The notes beneath the pieces are model-generated. The model was not told where the DNA came from and searched no databases. It saw only the letters and a program-made list of their open reading frames with translations. From Eledone cirrhosa (Eukaryota), in assembly GCA_964016885.1 (NCBI GenBank), contig OZ024740.1, forward strand, positions 99,696,001 through 99,760,000: DNA of 64,000 bases, in the 5' to 3' direction. Made by a program: the position numbers and the translations under genes. Below, one piece after another: positions 41,960 to 56,138 of this stretch; position 1 is the stretch's first letter; every line of letters begins with the position of its first letter.

Positions 41960-42340
41960 TCATCATCATATGTCTGCTTTTCCCTGCTTGCAAGGGTGGG
42001 ATCAAACTGATTCTGGCTTGATTTCTACAGCTGGATGCCCTTCCTAACACCAACCTCATTTACAGTGAGTGCTGGGTGCCTTTTTTTCCGGGCTGCCTAC
42101 AAGTCCACTTTACAGTGTGGGCTGGGTGCTTCTTTGCCGTGGCACCTCCATGACGACTTTGCAGTGGAATGATAGGGAGCCCTAGTCCTATCATCTCATT
42201 TCTACAGCTGAGTAAACTGGAGCAATGTGAAATAAAGTATCTTGCTCAAGGAAACAACACATCACTCGGTCTGAGAATTGAACTCACAACCTTTCGATTG
42301 CAATCCAATGAGCTAACCACTAAGCCATGTGCCTCCATCA
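41960..42340 (-). mobile_element. S2 repeat (tRNA-like head, RTE-like tail)
   Basis: Matches 16500-16865. Confidence 0.75.
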
Positions 42341-43310
42341 TATTATATATATGTGTGTGTGTGTATAACTCAGAATGTAGTAGCAGGGACCAATATCAGG
42401 AGGCCTCAAGAGAAGATAGGTGCTAGATTCACTATGGTAGGAAGGAAATAGAATGTAAGAAGCTTGCTCACATTTTACATAATGAGGACCAAATGCGTAA
42501 GGTATTGTGAATCAGTATAAAAGGGAAAATGAAAAAGAAGAAGAAGAAAAGGACATTTAAATAACAATGAATAAAAGAACATACCTCAATGAGACATGGA
42601 GACAAGAAATACATGTACATGTGTGTATATATATATATATGTGTGATCATCCTCAATTAATGTGTTGTAGAGGCTGTCACAGAACATGCCAGAACATAAT
42701 TACATCTATTCTCTTCCCAGACAGACAGGGCCCATGTGTTGCCAACACATGTTCCAGTTTGGTGTGGTTTCTGCAGCTGGATGCCTTTTCTATCACCATT
42801 CACTTTACAGAGTGTACTGATGTTACACGAGCTCTAGGAATTTTGTCATATCCTTGACACAAATGAAGATTCTTTTCAATCTTATTTTGGCAAGGTTTCT
42901 TCGGTGTATACTTACATATATATATATATATGTGTGTGTGCATGTTTGTATGTACAGATGTATATGTTCTAAAAAATACATTTCAAGTGAAGGGATTGAA
43001 AGAGATAAAAAAATAGTTTGAATGGTCTTTTGAATTTAAATATACAAACAGTCAGTATATGTTGAAAATAGAGATTTGCAAGTATATTAGATTTTTCAAG
43101 ATTTTTTAGATGGAATGTTAAAATTGCTACCAAAGATATTAAAATTATTCAAATATAACACCAAAACATTACAAATTATAGATGCCAGTTGCATTAATAG
43201 AATAGGATGATTAATGAGATTATGATTGTAATATTTTGATTGTCAACCTGATACTTAGAGCTTAAATATTTTTTCCATATTTCCATATTTACATCTACAC
43301 TATGTTTCAA

Positions 43311-46140
43311 TCATCATCATCATCATCATCATCATCGTTGTTTTCAAGTCCATTTTACAAGCCTGCACGGGTTGGATGGGTCCTTTTCAGAACAACATCC
43401 CTCGACACACTGAATTCCTTTGTCATTTCTATGATCTCAGCGATTTCAGATCAGCTCTCGCCTGCTCTGCCCAGGTCTTCCTTCATCTACCTCTACTGTA
43501 GCTTCCTTCCACAGGGATTTTCTGGCACTTCTTCACCCTGTGATCATCATCTATGTGCATCATATGTCTGTACCAACAGTCTTTTCTCTTGCACAACACT
43601 TTGGATTCTGCTTAAAACCAGTTTCTCTCACAGTTCATCCAAGCTTTGCTATTCTTTCAAATTTACATTGCACCACCAAACAAGCATGGCTGCTTACTTT
43701 TTCTCCAGGTTACGCATAAACTCTGCAGTCACTACCCATATTTCACTACCACGCAGCATCACACTTAACACAGAGGTGTTATACAATCATCTTTTTGTAC
43801 ATAAGGATAAACCTTTTGTGGTTAACCGTGGGAGTAGCTCTCTAAACTTCTATCCTTGCCTTATTCTTGCAATTATACACTCAGAGACCCTCCTCTACTG
43901 CTCACTAGGTCACCTAGATAGCAGAAGCTATCAACCACTTCTATGGGTCCTTCTTGTGATTGGAAATGGTTTACTGACACTCTACCAATTGATTACTCCT
44001 GTGCATAAAGTTTTCCCTTCCTGTTAGTCTATCTGATATCCCACTACATCTCTTGAGTAATATAGAGTTTATGCCTACTCCTTTTCTACTTATTGAGCAG
44101 GGCCACCCCCCTTGAAGGAATGAGGTTCCTATCTTTTTTCCTATCTACAAGCACTTTAGTCTTGGCTACATTTACTTTCAAACATTTTGATTTCAAATTC
44201 TGTTTCTATAGTCAGAACTTATGCTCTTGTTATTTTATGGATTCAGCTATATGGACCAGTTCATCCTCATAGAAATGTTTCCATGGAGAAGGATGTTGGC
44301 CTGGAGATTATGATGAATAGCAGTGGGATAAGAACTGAACTCTGATGAACTCCTTCCTGTTCTCACTTTACTGACAGCTCTTCTGTACATGGCTTGCACT
44401 TCTCTCACAAGCCACATTTTCTTTAGAACTACTATATAACAGAATTAACTACTCTGTCAAATGCTTTTTGTAGATCAACAAAAGCTAAATATAGCAGCTC
44501 ATTTTTTAATAGGAATTTCTCTTGTAGTTGCGGTACTAAAAAGATTGTATCAATAGTACTTTTCCCAGATATGAAACCAAACTGCATCTCATCTAATAAG
44601 ACTTTTTCCCTTATTAGCTATGCTATAACTCTTTCTGTCACTTTCATATCTTGGTCCATATGTTTTATTCTTCTATAGTTTCTCCTTTCTAAAGCATCAC
44701 TTTTACCCTTGTAACAATTTATGTTTGTACTACTGTGTCAGTCATTTTGCATGATTCCATCCTGTATTAGCTGATTGATTATGCAGATCAACTCCTACTT
44801 TTCCGATGCTTTTAGTATCTCGGCAACTATCTCTGATAGTCCTGCAGCTTTACCATTTTTCATCTCCTTGACTGGCAATTTCAATAGCTGGTCCTTCTGT
44901 GAGGGTAAATATGTAAGGGGTAGTCTCCCCTTTTCCATTCATTCTCAACATTTATCAGCCACTCATAGTAATATTTCCAGGTCTCTTTTTCCCAAAAACA
45001 TTCCAATTCATACAGACACACTGCTTTGCAATGCAAAATAGTTCCTGTCCCTGGTCCTCACATCATAAAACATTGGCAAACTTTCTTTTTTTTAGCCTCT
45101 CTTCAAGCTGTGTATAACTATTGTCTAGCTTTTCTCTTAGCTACCTGGTACCAGTCTCTATTATACCCATTTTTACAGGCTTTCCACACCTGTCTCTTGG
45201 CTTCAATAGCTCTCTCCACTGTGATGTTCCACCCCTAGGTCACCCTCTGTCTGGTGCTTTACTTTAGTCACAAGTCTTATCAGCGTTTTGAAAGGTTTTC
45301 ACACAAGAATTTCTGTGCCTTCTATGTTATATGTATCTAGCACATCACCTTTTTCTAAACGTATATTTAACTGAAAGGTCCGTTAGCTTCCACAGCCTCC
45401 ATCTCCATATTTTCCTGTGTACCTTGTTCTATCTTTTGTGTATCCTAATGTCACTAATAACTAACTTATGGCACATTCTTCCTTGTGGAAGGCCTTAGTA
45501 TTCATTATAGTTCGTTCATCTTGTTTTACAAGTAAGAAATAAATTTGGCTTTTGTGTTTGCCTGATTTCTATGTGATCTAGTAGCTAGCCGATTTCCTGA
45601 AATTTGTGTTGCATATGGTTAGTTCATTTGCATCACATAATTTCTCTTCATTTCTTTAGCCATATCTATGGCTGCTGTGTGCTCCAATGAATCCATCTTG
45701 ATACTGACCAACATATCCATTGAAGTCACCTGCCAGGATGATGAGGTGTCTTTCACCAGTACTTGAACTTGTCTGTAAAGGTTCCTCCTAGAACTTGTTC
45801 TTTTATTCTTTATTCAGTCCTGCCTGTGGAGCATAGGTAGATGTAATTGTCGCCATTATATTTCCTACAGCTATTCTAAGCTTGATAAATCTATCACTTA
45901 TTCTATCTATCTTTATTACCTTGTCTATCCATTTCTCAGCTAGTAGAATGCCACCCCATCGTCATTTCCTATCCAGTAAAGTTTATATCTATGTTGTTTG
46001 CCACGGCATAGTCTCATTAAGGCACTCTTCCATCTCACCTCTTGGACACAGCATGCATCCACTTCTCTCTTCATTAACAGCTCCACAATTTCCTCTGATT
46101 TAACTACCTTTCAATGAGCCAACATTGACAGTGGCAGTAC
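43311..46140 (-). mobile_element. Old near-full-length RTE LINE (APE plus RT), pseudogenised
   Basis: Minus strand: TYAPQA, AGDFNGYV, MQFGF, LAFVDLQKAFDRV and a (GAT)n tail at 43311. Confidence 0.88.
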
Positions 46141-46432
46141 TGGGATTTACATCTTGACAGTTGTTAATTCCTTGATCAGAACTTGTATGTATTTGAATAT
46201 AAACATAACACCAGATTGGATTTCTGTGTAATAGACATGAATCTGCAACCTACATGTCATAAAAGGTGACAAAAAGGGTTGGTACTAGGAAAAGCATTCA
46301 ACTGAAAAACACTATCTAAAAAGAATCCCAAGATGGATATGAAGCTTGTCATCATGAATGCATGATTAATCCATTTATCAGAATACTATGTGGCCTTAAA
46401 ATGTTTGCTGGTGATATATATATATATATCTA

Positions 46433-46464
<32 letters not shown>

Positions 46465-46465
<1 letters not shown>

Positions 46466-48303
46466 GCCCTAGATAGGAGTAACTATAGAGGCATTAAATT
46501 AATCGACCAGGTCATGAAGGTCACGGAAAGAGTAATAGCGCAGCTAATCAGAGAGAGAATTGACCTAGATGAAATGCAGTTCGGGTTTGTGTCAGGCAAA
46601 AGTACCACAGACGCTCTTTTCATAGTACGACAACTACAAGAGAAGTACCTAGCTAAAGGTAAACCCCTCTACTTAGCTTTTGTCGACTTGGAGAAAGCCT
46701 TCGACAGAGTCCCCCGCTCCATTATCTGGTGGGCTCTTAGAAAACTAGGCGTTGACGAATGGCTTGTGAGGGCTATACAAGCCATGTATAAAGAAACAGT
46801 CAGCAAGGTTAGAATTAACAACGAATATAGTGAAGAGTTTAGCGTAAAAGTCGGCGTCCATCAGGGCTCTGTTCTCAGTCCACTACTATTTATTATTGCC
46901 CTTCAGGCCATAACAGAGGAGTTCAAGACAGGCTGCCCATGGGAACTCCTATACGCAGACGACCTGACACTCATAGCGGAATCAATGGCCGAGCTAGAGA
47001 AGAAATTCCAAACATGGAAGCACGGCCTAGAGTCAAAAGGACTTAAAATTAACCTGGCTAAGACCAAAGTACTAGTTTGTAGGAAAGAAAACAAGGCGGC
47101 GGTCCCTTCTGGGAAATGGTCGTGCTCGGTGTGTAGGAAAGGCGTAGGTAGAAACTCCATTTTATGTCCTAAATGCAAAGTATGGGTGCATAAAAGATGT
47201 AGTGGGATCACAGGTAGGCTAACTAAGAACATAGATTTTACATGTGGCCGGTGCTCTGGTGCAATAAGTAGCAGCAAGTGCCCACAAACTACTAGCTCTT
47301 TCAATTGCGCAGAGGGTTCTATAGAAATAGTGGACAGCTTCCGTTACCTGGGCGATAAAATCAGCAGTGGGGGAGGGTGCTCTGAAAGTACTGTAGCTAG
47401 AGTCAGAACTGGTTGGAAAAAGTTCAGAGAGCTTATACCACTATTAGCTGCTAAAGGGTTCTCACTAAAAATGAAAGGCAGGTTGTACGATGCCTGCATA
47501 CGAACAGCAATGCTGCATGGCAGTGAGACCTGGGCATTGTGTGCAGAGGATATACGCAGACTAGAGAGGAACGAAGCTTGCATGCTCCGCTGGATGTGTA
47601 ACAGTAATATACGTGAACGGCAAAGCATAAACGAACTAAGGAATAAATTAGAGATAAGAGGGATCAGATGTTGTTTACTCGAGAGAAGGCTACGTTGGTA
47701 TGGACACGTGATGCGCATGAAAGTCGATAGCTGTATAACAAAGTGCAGGGCAATAAAGATAGACGGTAGTCACGGAATAGGCAGACCTAGAAAAACCTGG
47801 GACGAGCTGATAAACTCCGACATCACACACTTACACCTCTCCAAGACAATGTCACTGGACCGAGACCTTTGGCGGTACTCAGTAACAGAGAAGACCCGCC
47901 TTACCTAAATATATAGTAAAACCTACTCCAGCCAGTAGGCATCTCTAACAAATACACCCCGTCCCACCACCCCCACCCGATCCACACCCCCCCGTTCTAT
48001 GTAAAGTTATGTTGGTGCCGCGCCATCGAGGCCGAAACAAATGAGATCGTGTAGGTGTCACGACAAAAAAACACACAGTCCACGCTGTAATGTGGCCGTG
48101 TAGGCAACACGGTAAAAACCTCCCAGACCCACACTGTAAATGTGGTTGGTGTTAGGAAGGGCATCCAACTGTAGAAAACCTGCCAGACAGTCCTATGCGA
48201 GCAAGACAATCACTCTTGCCTCAAGTGGGACTACCCCCGTCCAAACCCATGCAAGCGTGGAACACGGACGTTAAACGCTGATGATGATGATGATGATGAT
48301 GAT
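46465..48303 (+). mobile_element. Young 5'-truncated RTE LINE
   Basis: Uninterrupted ORF, 3' UTR and (GAT)n tail; its 5' end abuts (TA)n. Confidence 0.95.
46514..47908 (+). CDS. RTE reverse transcriptase with embedded C4HC3 (PHD-like) finger
   Basis: QFGF, FVDLEKAFD, GVHQGSVLSP, YADD, FRYLG, LHGSETW and GRPRKTW motifs. Confidence 0.93.
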   Translation: MKVTERVIAQLIRERIDLDEMQFGFVSGKSTTDALFIVRQLQEKYLAKGKPLYLAFVDLEKAFDRVPRSIIWWALRKLGVDEWLVRAIQAMYKETVSKVRINNEYSEEFSVKVGVHQGSVLSPLLFIIALQAITEEFKTGCPWELLYADDLTLIAESMAELEKKFQTWKHGLESKGLKINLAKTKVLVCRKENKAAVPSGKWSCSVCRKGVGRNSILCPKCKVWVHKRCSGITGRLTKNIDFTCGRCSGAISSSKCPQTTSSFNCAEGSIEIVDSFRYLGDKISSGGGCSESTVARVRTGWKKFRELIPLLAAKGFSLKMKGRLYDACIRTAMLHGSETWALCAEDIRRLERNEACMLRWMCNSNIRERQSINELRNKLEIRGIRCCLLERRLRWYGHVMRMKVDSCITKCRAIKIDGSHGIGRPRKTWDELINSDITHLHLSKTMSLDRDLWRYSVTEKTRLT

Positions 48304-48629
48304 ACATATATACATATATGTGTGTGTGTAAATATATATTTATGTATATATGTATATATATATGTGTGTGATGGTATGGACATGTGATGCGCATGGAGGC
48401 TGGCCGCTGGGTAAGGTAGTGCCAAGAAATCCAAATAGAAGGATGACGCAGTAGAGGAAGACCACAAAAAACATGGGCGGAGGTGGTGAGAGCAGACCTC
48501 AGATCGATGAAGCTCACAGAGGAGATGAGGAAGGACTGAGACAAGTGGAGGGATGCTGTGCTGAATAGGACCCATCCCACCCTTGCAATCAGGGAAAAGC
48601 AGATGTAAAATGATGATGATGATGATATA

Positions 48630-48880
48630 TATCATCATCATCATTTAACGTCCATCTTCCACACTAGCATGGGTTAGACGGTTTTGTTCCAATTGATGTA
48701 GGATTGGTATGGAGACCGTGTCTCACTCATACGGAAATGTCTCTGGCAGGTTTTCTATGGCTGGATACCCTTCCTAACAGCAACCGCATTTACAGAGTGG
48801 ACTGGGAGCCTTTTTACCGTATCTCTTACATGACCACCTTACAGTATGGACTGGGTGCTTTTGTTGTGGCACCAACACAG
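48630..48880 (-). mobile_element. S2/RTE-tail repeat
   Basis: cccttcctaac...catcatcat motif. Confidence 0.7.
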
Positions 48881-50634
48881 TGGACAGAAATAAGAGGATG
48901 GTGTAGGGTACGAATATATATATGTTCAGAGAATAATTAGTAGAACCCAATACAACAAAGTTGTTAAAACAGCAATTTACCTCAAAGGATAGATATCAGC
49001 AGCTAGAAGTGTGTTGGCCTGCAGAAGTGATATGAAGAAAATGGATGAGAGAAGATCACACAAACATTTATATACACACATCAGCTTTTAGACTGGCTGT
49101 GATTTCAAAGATTTAACTAACAGTACCACGTAAAATAGACGACTCATACAACAGAGAAATAAATATTTCTGTTGGTGTGATGTTTGTGTGAAACAAACAG
49201 ATTAGATAGATAGACAGATCAGAGAGAGGGGAAAATAAAATGCATCCACATGGCATCAGGTCGCTGTTAGAAAAAGCAACAAAAACACTGACTGTGGGCC
49301 AACACACTACTATCCTTAGGTAAATTTTACCTGACGCTGTCATTGACGGCATCTTGCTGTTTTGGCAGCTTCCTGGAGTTGATTTCTCATTAATCTACAA
49401 ATTCTAATACACTCACGCTTCAAACTTGATATTTGAGAAAACTTTGTTTATATATCATCCTTGAACAGTGATGACCAATCCATCCCAGGCCAGGAACAAA
49501 AGCAGATATATGATGTTGAAAATGATGATGATGATGATGATGATTTAACATTTCTAAACAATAGAAAGTGACATATGTAGGCATAAACATATGTAAATGA
49601 AAGAATATTGATGTTAATTAGCCTTGATCAAACAGATCAATTTTTTTTTCTAGATGCTCAATGCCTGCTTGTACTGTTGTTATTCTTAGACTATGGTCAC
49701 TCCTCCATAAGAAGAACTATGATGGAAGGCTTCCCATCCTCGACCATCCAATCTCTTTATATCCCACAAACTACAATGTCCAACATATCCTTATTTATTC
49801 AAGATGTTTTGAAGCAAATATTAATGTTTTTTCTATCATAACAAATGAACCTATCAAGGCTTCATCTTAATAATGACAAAGTTTATCACTTTACTGAATC
49901 TATCTAATTTCTTCATTATTTCAAACATTAGTTCAAACACATAAGTAATATATTTCATTAAAAATATGGTCAACAAAGGGTTAAACGAATCACAGACCAA
50001 AATTTAATACAGTTGAATAGGAAATGATATTAGTTTCTATATATATATTTATAATTGCCATCTCCATTAAGACTAATTTATCATCTACATTTCTCCTGCT
50101 ATTTATTGAATCTGTTATCTATAATTTCACACAAATCATTAGAAGAAATCCTAGTGAAAACCAAATGAAACATTCATTTTCTTTATTCACTTTCCTCTTT
50201 CCAAATTATTCTCACCCCCTGAATAATCGTTTTCTTTATCTGTATCTTTATTTTAGATATATTTGTCTTCATGTCTTCTTTCAGCTTCCACCTTCGAATG
50301 AAGATACTTTTCACAATATAATATGGATTACTTTCACTAATATCATTGTAGCTTTCTTCTATATTTCATTCCAGTTTTCTTCATTTTTACTTCTCATTAT
50401 TCTGTTTCCTATTGTTATTTTCCAAAGTTCTTCTTCTTCTTCTTCTTCTTCTTCTTCTTCTTCTTCTTCTTCTTCTTCTTCTTCTACTCCTCTTCCTCCT
50501 CTTCCTCCTCTTCCTCCACCTCCTTCTCCTTCTTTCATATGATTATCAGTATTTTTATTTGTTTTCACCTCTTTACTTCTAAACACATACATACTCTCTC
50601 TCTCTATAATACATACTCTCTCTATATATATATA

Positions 50635-50710
<76 letters not shown>

Positions 50711-50859
50711 CTATCTATCTATCTCCCTCTCTCTCTCTCCATCTCTCTTATTTTCGAATAACTTCTCTGTCTTTTATTTTGTTTCTTTCCTCTGTATATA
50801 AACTCACGCAATCTTTCTCCTCACACACACATATATACATATATAATTATATATGTATA

Positions 50860-50925
<66 letters not shown>

Positions 50926-51227
50926 TATACATATATAATTATATACGTATATATGTGTGTGTGAGGAGAAAGATTGTGTGAGTTTATATACAGAGGAAAG
51001 AAACAAAATAAAAGACAGAGAAGTTATTCGAAAATATATATATATATATACGCACACATATATATATGTATATACACATATATATATATAAACGGCTTGA
51101 GCTCTGCCATCGGGGTCTTGAACATTTTCCTATTACCCACTCTACTATCCTAAGTATTGAGTACGCTGGTGCGTTATGGTCCATCTGGTTCTTTACCTTA
51201 CCATACTTCCTTCGTTATATATATATA

Positions 51228-51603
51228 TGACAAACGACCGTGACGTCTGGCGTCACGCAGTAATACAGAAGACTCGACCCCCCACAGGAACAAATCGAAG
51301 CTGAAGCATATAGACAATATGCCCCCCCCCCACTGCAAAGTGGTCGTGGAGGTGCCGCAGCAAAAAAAGCACCCAGCCCACACTGTAAAGTGGACATGTA
51401 GTCGTCCGGAAAAAAAAAAACACCCACCACTCACTGTAAATTAGGTTGGTGTTATGAAGGGCATCCAACTGTAGAAATCAAGCCAGAATCAGTTCCTGTA
51501 TGAGCAAGACAAGGTCAGCCGACAAGACACTGCTCACAACAGAACAACCCGTCTAACCCATGCCAGCGTTGAAGAACGGACGTAAGATGGTGATCATGAT
51601 GAT
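51228..51603 (+). mobile_element. RTE extreme 3' fragment plus tail
   Basis: DRDVWRHAVIQKTR followed by the shared tail. Confidence 0.75.
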
Positions 51604-51629
51604 AGATATATATAGATATATAGATATAT

Positions 51630-52778
51630 ACTAGCTGAGGTACCTGGTATTCCCAGTTCCCATTAAAATGCTCAGTGCCTCTCAGACCAAAAATAAATGT
51701 TACAGCAAGCAGAGAATATTAAGTTGATTTATGGAGATCAATTTAAGCCCACAACAGCTAAAGCCAAATTTCGCTCATCAGTTAATCAAAAATGAGCTTA
51801 CGCTTTGCTCGAGTGGGCTGGATAATGTTAGTTAGCTAAAGGCCATCCTTAGCACATAATCTGTGTTTCAAGTTTGACGGAAATTGGTTGAGAGCTTTAA
51901 ATGTTATGGCAGAAAATAACATTCATATGAGCATTTGCATACATATTTCCTACTCATTTTTAAAACATCGATGCAGACTGGAAATTATCGATTTTTTTAA
52001 ACTTCAAAGTATGTAAGAAATCAAATGGGCATGACCCCTCACACGTGTCAAGTCTCATCAAGATCTGTTTGGTAGTTTTTGAGTTTTAGGTTCACAAACA
52101 AATAGAGAGAAATTGACATTTATGTATATATATAGATAGGGGGTTTAACCTCCATTAGGGTGTCTTATTTCTTCTCTTGGCTGGTCTTAAGGTGCCATGT
52201 TTCACTTCCGTACAAGAGTATGGACAGCACGTTGGTCTCTTCTGCCATCTGGTTTGGGTACGCTTTGAGACTTTTCCCGGAGAGACTGGCGAACCAAGTA
52301 CTTAAATGGAATCCACAGGCAAGCAGACGGAGAGGGAGACCCAAAATGAACTGGCGCCAGACAGTTGAGAGGGACCTGCGAGCGACAAACAGACAATGGC
52401 GGGACGCTGTGCAACTGGCTGCTGACCGAACGCGGTGGAACACTATGTTGCCTCATGCGTCGCAAGACGCAGGAGCTTCTGAGTCTGAGTCTGAGGGTGT
52501 CTTAATATTATTGAAATTTGCTGAAATTTTGTGAATAGGCATTATATCTTGTCATTTACCTATGGTTTAAATTTCATATAAATCGAAGGGAAAAAATTTT
52601 CAGCGGGGGTTTGAGCCGCTGGGGAAACCTTTCATTAAAATGAAATATACGTAACAAATCAAATGGGCACGAGCCCCACACACGTGTCAAGTTTCATCAA
52701 GATTGGTTAGGTAGTTTTTGAGTTTTAGGTTCACAAACAAACACAAGCAGAGAGAAATTGCCATTTATGTATATAGAT
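51630..52778 (+). mobile_element. Helitron/HINE-like element with duplicated 3' end
   Basis: 5' actagctgaggtacc; the 3' module aagtttcatcaagat...gagttttaggttcacaaacaaa...tatagat occurs twice. Confidence 0.65.
52157..52504 (+). mobile_element. RTE fragment with inverted 5' part
   Basis: Plus strand RRRGRPKMNW and minus strand ILLYGSETW; (tctgag)n tail; TSD agggtgtctta. Confidence 0.85.
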
Positions 52779-52874
52779 ATATATGGCCGACTGTATTTTT
52801 TTTTCTCCCCAATTTTTCTCTCATTTTCCATGTTCCTTCCTCTTATCACTCTTTACTTTCTATTTCTAACTCTA

Positions 52875-52910
52875 TCTTTTGATGAAGAACTAGTGTCTGA
52901 AACGTCAAGA
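52875..52910 (+). ncRNA. Minimal Penelope-type hammerhead motif (C3U)
   Basis: tctt-TTGATGA-aga actagtg tct-GAAA-cg-TC-aaga. Confidence 0.6.
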
Positions 52911-53018
52911 CTCTCTTCCTATTTCAAGCTTTAAACTGATGTATTTCCTCCATGTACTGTGCCATTAATTTTGTTATTTTTGTTATATCTGATTACCTTT
53001 TACATAAATATATAAGTG

Positions 53019-53069
<51 letters not shown>

Positions 53070-53917
53070 ACAAAACCATATAGATTTATGTTCACACTAG
53101 AGTAATTAAAAGAAATAACTGGGCACTCTGATACTTAAAAACCTTCAAACCTGCCATGATATTTGCTGAGAGCTGAAGAACCTGATGTTATGTCCAGTGG
53201 CATGTGAAGAAGCTTCAATTCAGAATAAATACAGTTGAAAAAGATACTGCAATGCATCTCATTACAATGATTTGTAATGATAAGAAAAGTTGAGATAGAT
53301 TGGTTTCGAACTCAAGCCACAACAAAGATATTCTAAACGTTCTAAAAGGCAATATAGCCTCCATTCTAAACACTCTTACATATATACACACACATATATC
53401 TTTGTTGTACATATATACATATTTGATATAATAGCATTACACACGCATGTTCATTAGTTTGAGCGTCCCTCTTTTATATATTTTGTATTTTTAATTGTAT
53501 AATAAATGAAATGTATATATACATGGATGCATTCATAAACAGTTCATTTATCTTACTGATTCACGTATGTGTGCACTCTGAGCAACGGGCTTGTAATTCT
53601 AATAATACAAACATAATTATATCATTCAGTGAGTAAGGAAACGGCTGAAGATATACTGATTCTCTTCGACTATCTCCGTAAACCTATAAATACATACATA
53701 TCTCTCTCTATATATATGTGTATAGTGGCCAGTACGTCTAAGACAGCGTCAAGTGTAATAGGGGTGTATATGGAAACATATACTATCTGTTTATATATAA
53801 TAAACTTATGGGGCCCTCACTATAAGCAAAAATATATTTTCCTCTCTTTATGTCTGTGAACACATCAGAGATATGTGAGGCTCCCCAGTGTTTTTGTATA
53901 TAAACACCTTATATTAA

Positions 53918-55745
53918 AGGCGACGGACGAGATCTGTGGTTGGAGCAAGAGCACAGGGAGGAGGAGAGTGACATGGTGGTGGATCAATAAAGTAAATAAG
54001 GTAGTTAAGGCTAACAGATAGGCATGGAAAGAATGGAAGAACGGGGGAAGCAGGGTGCATCACATAGAGACCAGGAGGGACGCTAGGCGACAAGTGTACT
54101 TAGCTAGAAGGGAAGCGGAGTATAGAAAATTCAAGCATGTTTGGCAACGTGTGGACCAGACACAGGAGGCGTTCAAGATTGTGAGGCAGTATGTCAGAGA
54201 TAGTTGTGATGTCATTGGTGAGAGGTGTATCCGGAATGATAAAGGTGAGCTTGCTCTCACAAGTGCTGAGAAGAAAGATGCGTGGAAGAGCCATTATGAA
54301 AGATTACTAAATGAGGAGAATGGACGGGGAAAAGAGACCCTACCCCAAGTAGACCCTATAGAGGGGCCAGCAGTACAAGTCAGCAGCAGCGTAGTAAGTA
54401 AAGCAATGAAAGATATTAAGATGGGGAAGGAAACCGGTCCATCGGGTATAGCTGCCGAGATGCTGAAGGCATCTGGGCTGGTAAGTCACAACACAACCAC
54501 ACGTATTGCTAACCAGATAATACTAGAGGGTGTCATACCAAAGGATTGGTGCAGTAGCATCATTGTCAACTGCTACAAGAATAAAGCTGATGCACTAAAT
54601 AGAGGAAATTATAGAGGTATGAAGCTGATGGACCAGGTCATGAAAGTAACGGAAAGAGTTATAGCACAGTTGATTAGAGACCGGGTAAAACTATATGAGA
54701 TGCAATTTGGATTTGTGCCAGGAAAAGGCACCACAGATGCCATCTTCCTTGTGAGGCAGTTACAGGAAAAGTACCTAACTAAAAGTAAGCCGCTCTACCT
54801 GGCATTTGTCGATCTGAAAAAATCCTTAAACAGAGTCCCCCGTGCTATAATCTGGTGGGTTCTTAGAAAACTAGTAGATGAATGGTTTGTGAAAGCTGTA
54901 CAAGCCATGTATAGGGGATCAGTCAGCAAAGTTAGGGTTAGCAATGACTATAGCGAGGAAAGCATAGAGGTCGGTGTCCACCAGGGCTCTGTTCTTAGCC
55001 CTCTCCTGTTCATTAAAGTTTTGCAGGCAATAACGGAGGAGTTTAAGACCGGATGCCAATGGGAACTCCTATATGCGGATGATCTCACACTTATAGCCGA
55101 ATCTATGGTGGAACTAGAGAAGAAATTCCAAACATGGAAGCAGGGACTAGGAAGAAAGGGTCTCAAATTCAACCTGACAAAGACTAAGATCCTCGTAAGT
55201 AGACAAGAATACATAACCCAGACCCCCTCATGGAAATGGCCTTGCTCCGTATATAGGAAAGGTGTAGGTAGGAACTCCATCCTCTGCCCCAAATGCAAAC
55301 AATGGGTACACAAGACATTTAGTGGGATCTCAGGAAGCTTACCTAAGAATATAGGCTTCACATGTAGCAGCTGCACTGGGACAGCGAGCAACTAACGGCC
55401 ACAAGAAACAAGCACCACCAAAATCTGAGAGGGTTCCGTAGAAACAGTAGACAGCCTCTGCTACCTAGGTTACCGAATTAGCAGCGGAGGTGGGTGTTCA
55501 GAAAGTACAATAACTAGGGTAAGAACGGGATGGAAGAAGTTCAGGGAGCTACTGCCACTGCTAGCTGCAAAAGTCTTTTCCCTCAAAATGAAAGGCATGC
55601 TGTATGATGCATGTATACATGGTAGTGAGACCTGAGCACTGTTCGTAGAAGACTTGCATAGATTAGAAAGAAACGAAGCTTGCATTCTCCGGATCATGTG
55701 TAATAGTAATATACGTGAACGACGAATCATAGACGAATTGAGAGA
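53918..55745 (+). mobile_element. RTE LINE fragment (ORF 54055-55395), decaying
   Basis: RT motifs similar to ORF 46514; stops downstream; several PHD cysteines mutated. Confidence 0.92.
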
Positions 55746-56082
55746 GAGCGAGAGAGAGAGAGAGAGAGAGAGTGGGGGGGGGGGGGGGGCGTTTGTTGTT
55801 GGTTTGTACAATGCCGTGTGGTTGTGTGTTTCTGACACACATAAAACATACCGTTAGGCATCAAATTACATAGCTATTCAAATATCTTTTGAACATTGTA
55901 TATATTATTTCATCTTAATTTACTATATTATAACTGTTGGATAGTTTATATTGTTGAACATGTAGACCAATTGATAGAGTCTTTGTATGATGTTGGACAT
56001 TTATTTAGCAGATCTCAAAAGGGGTTTCTCCTATCTTTCGCTTCAAACATGCTACGAAGAATAAACAAGCAAATCATGTTTT

Positions 56083-56138
<56 letters not shown>

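Noticed and set aside
43302-44027. 241-aa ORF (and similarly 17157-17774)
   Set aside because: Antisense frames of decayed RTE elements.
50359-50592. Poly-Glu or poly-Ser/Pro ORFs
   Set aside because: They derive from a (TTC)n/(CCT)n microsatellite.
53640-53795. CTGAAGA...GAAA as another hammerhead
   Set aside because: No stem I complement after any plausible NUH site.
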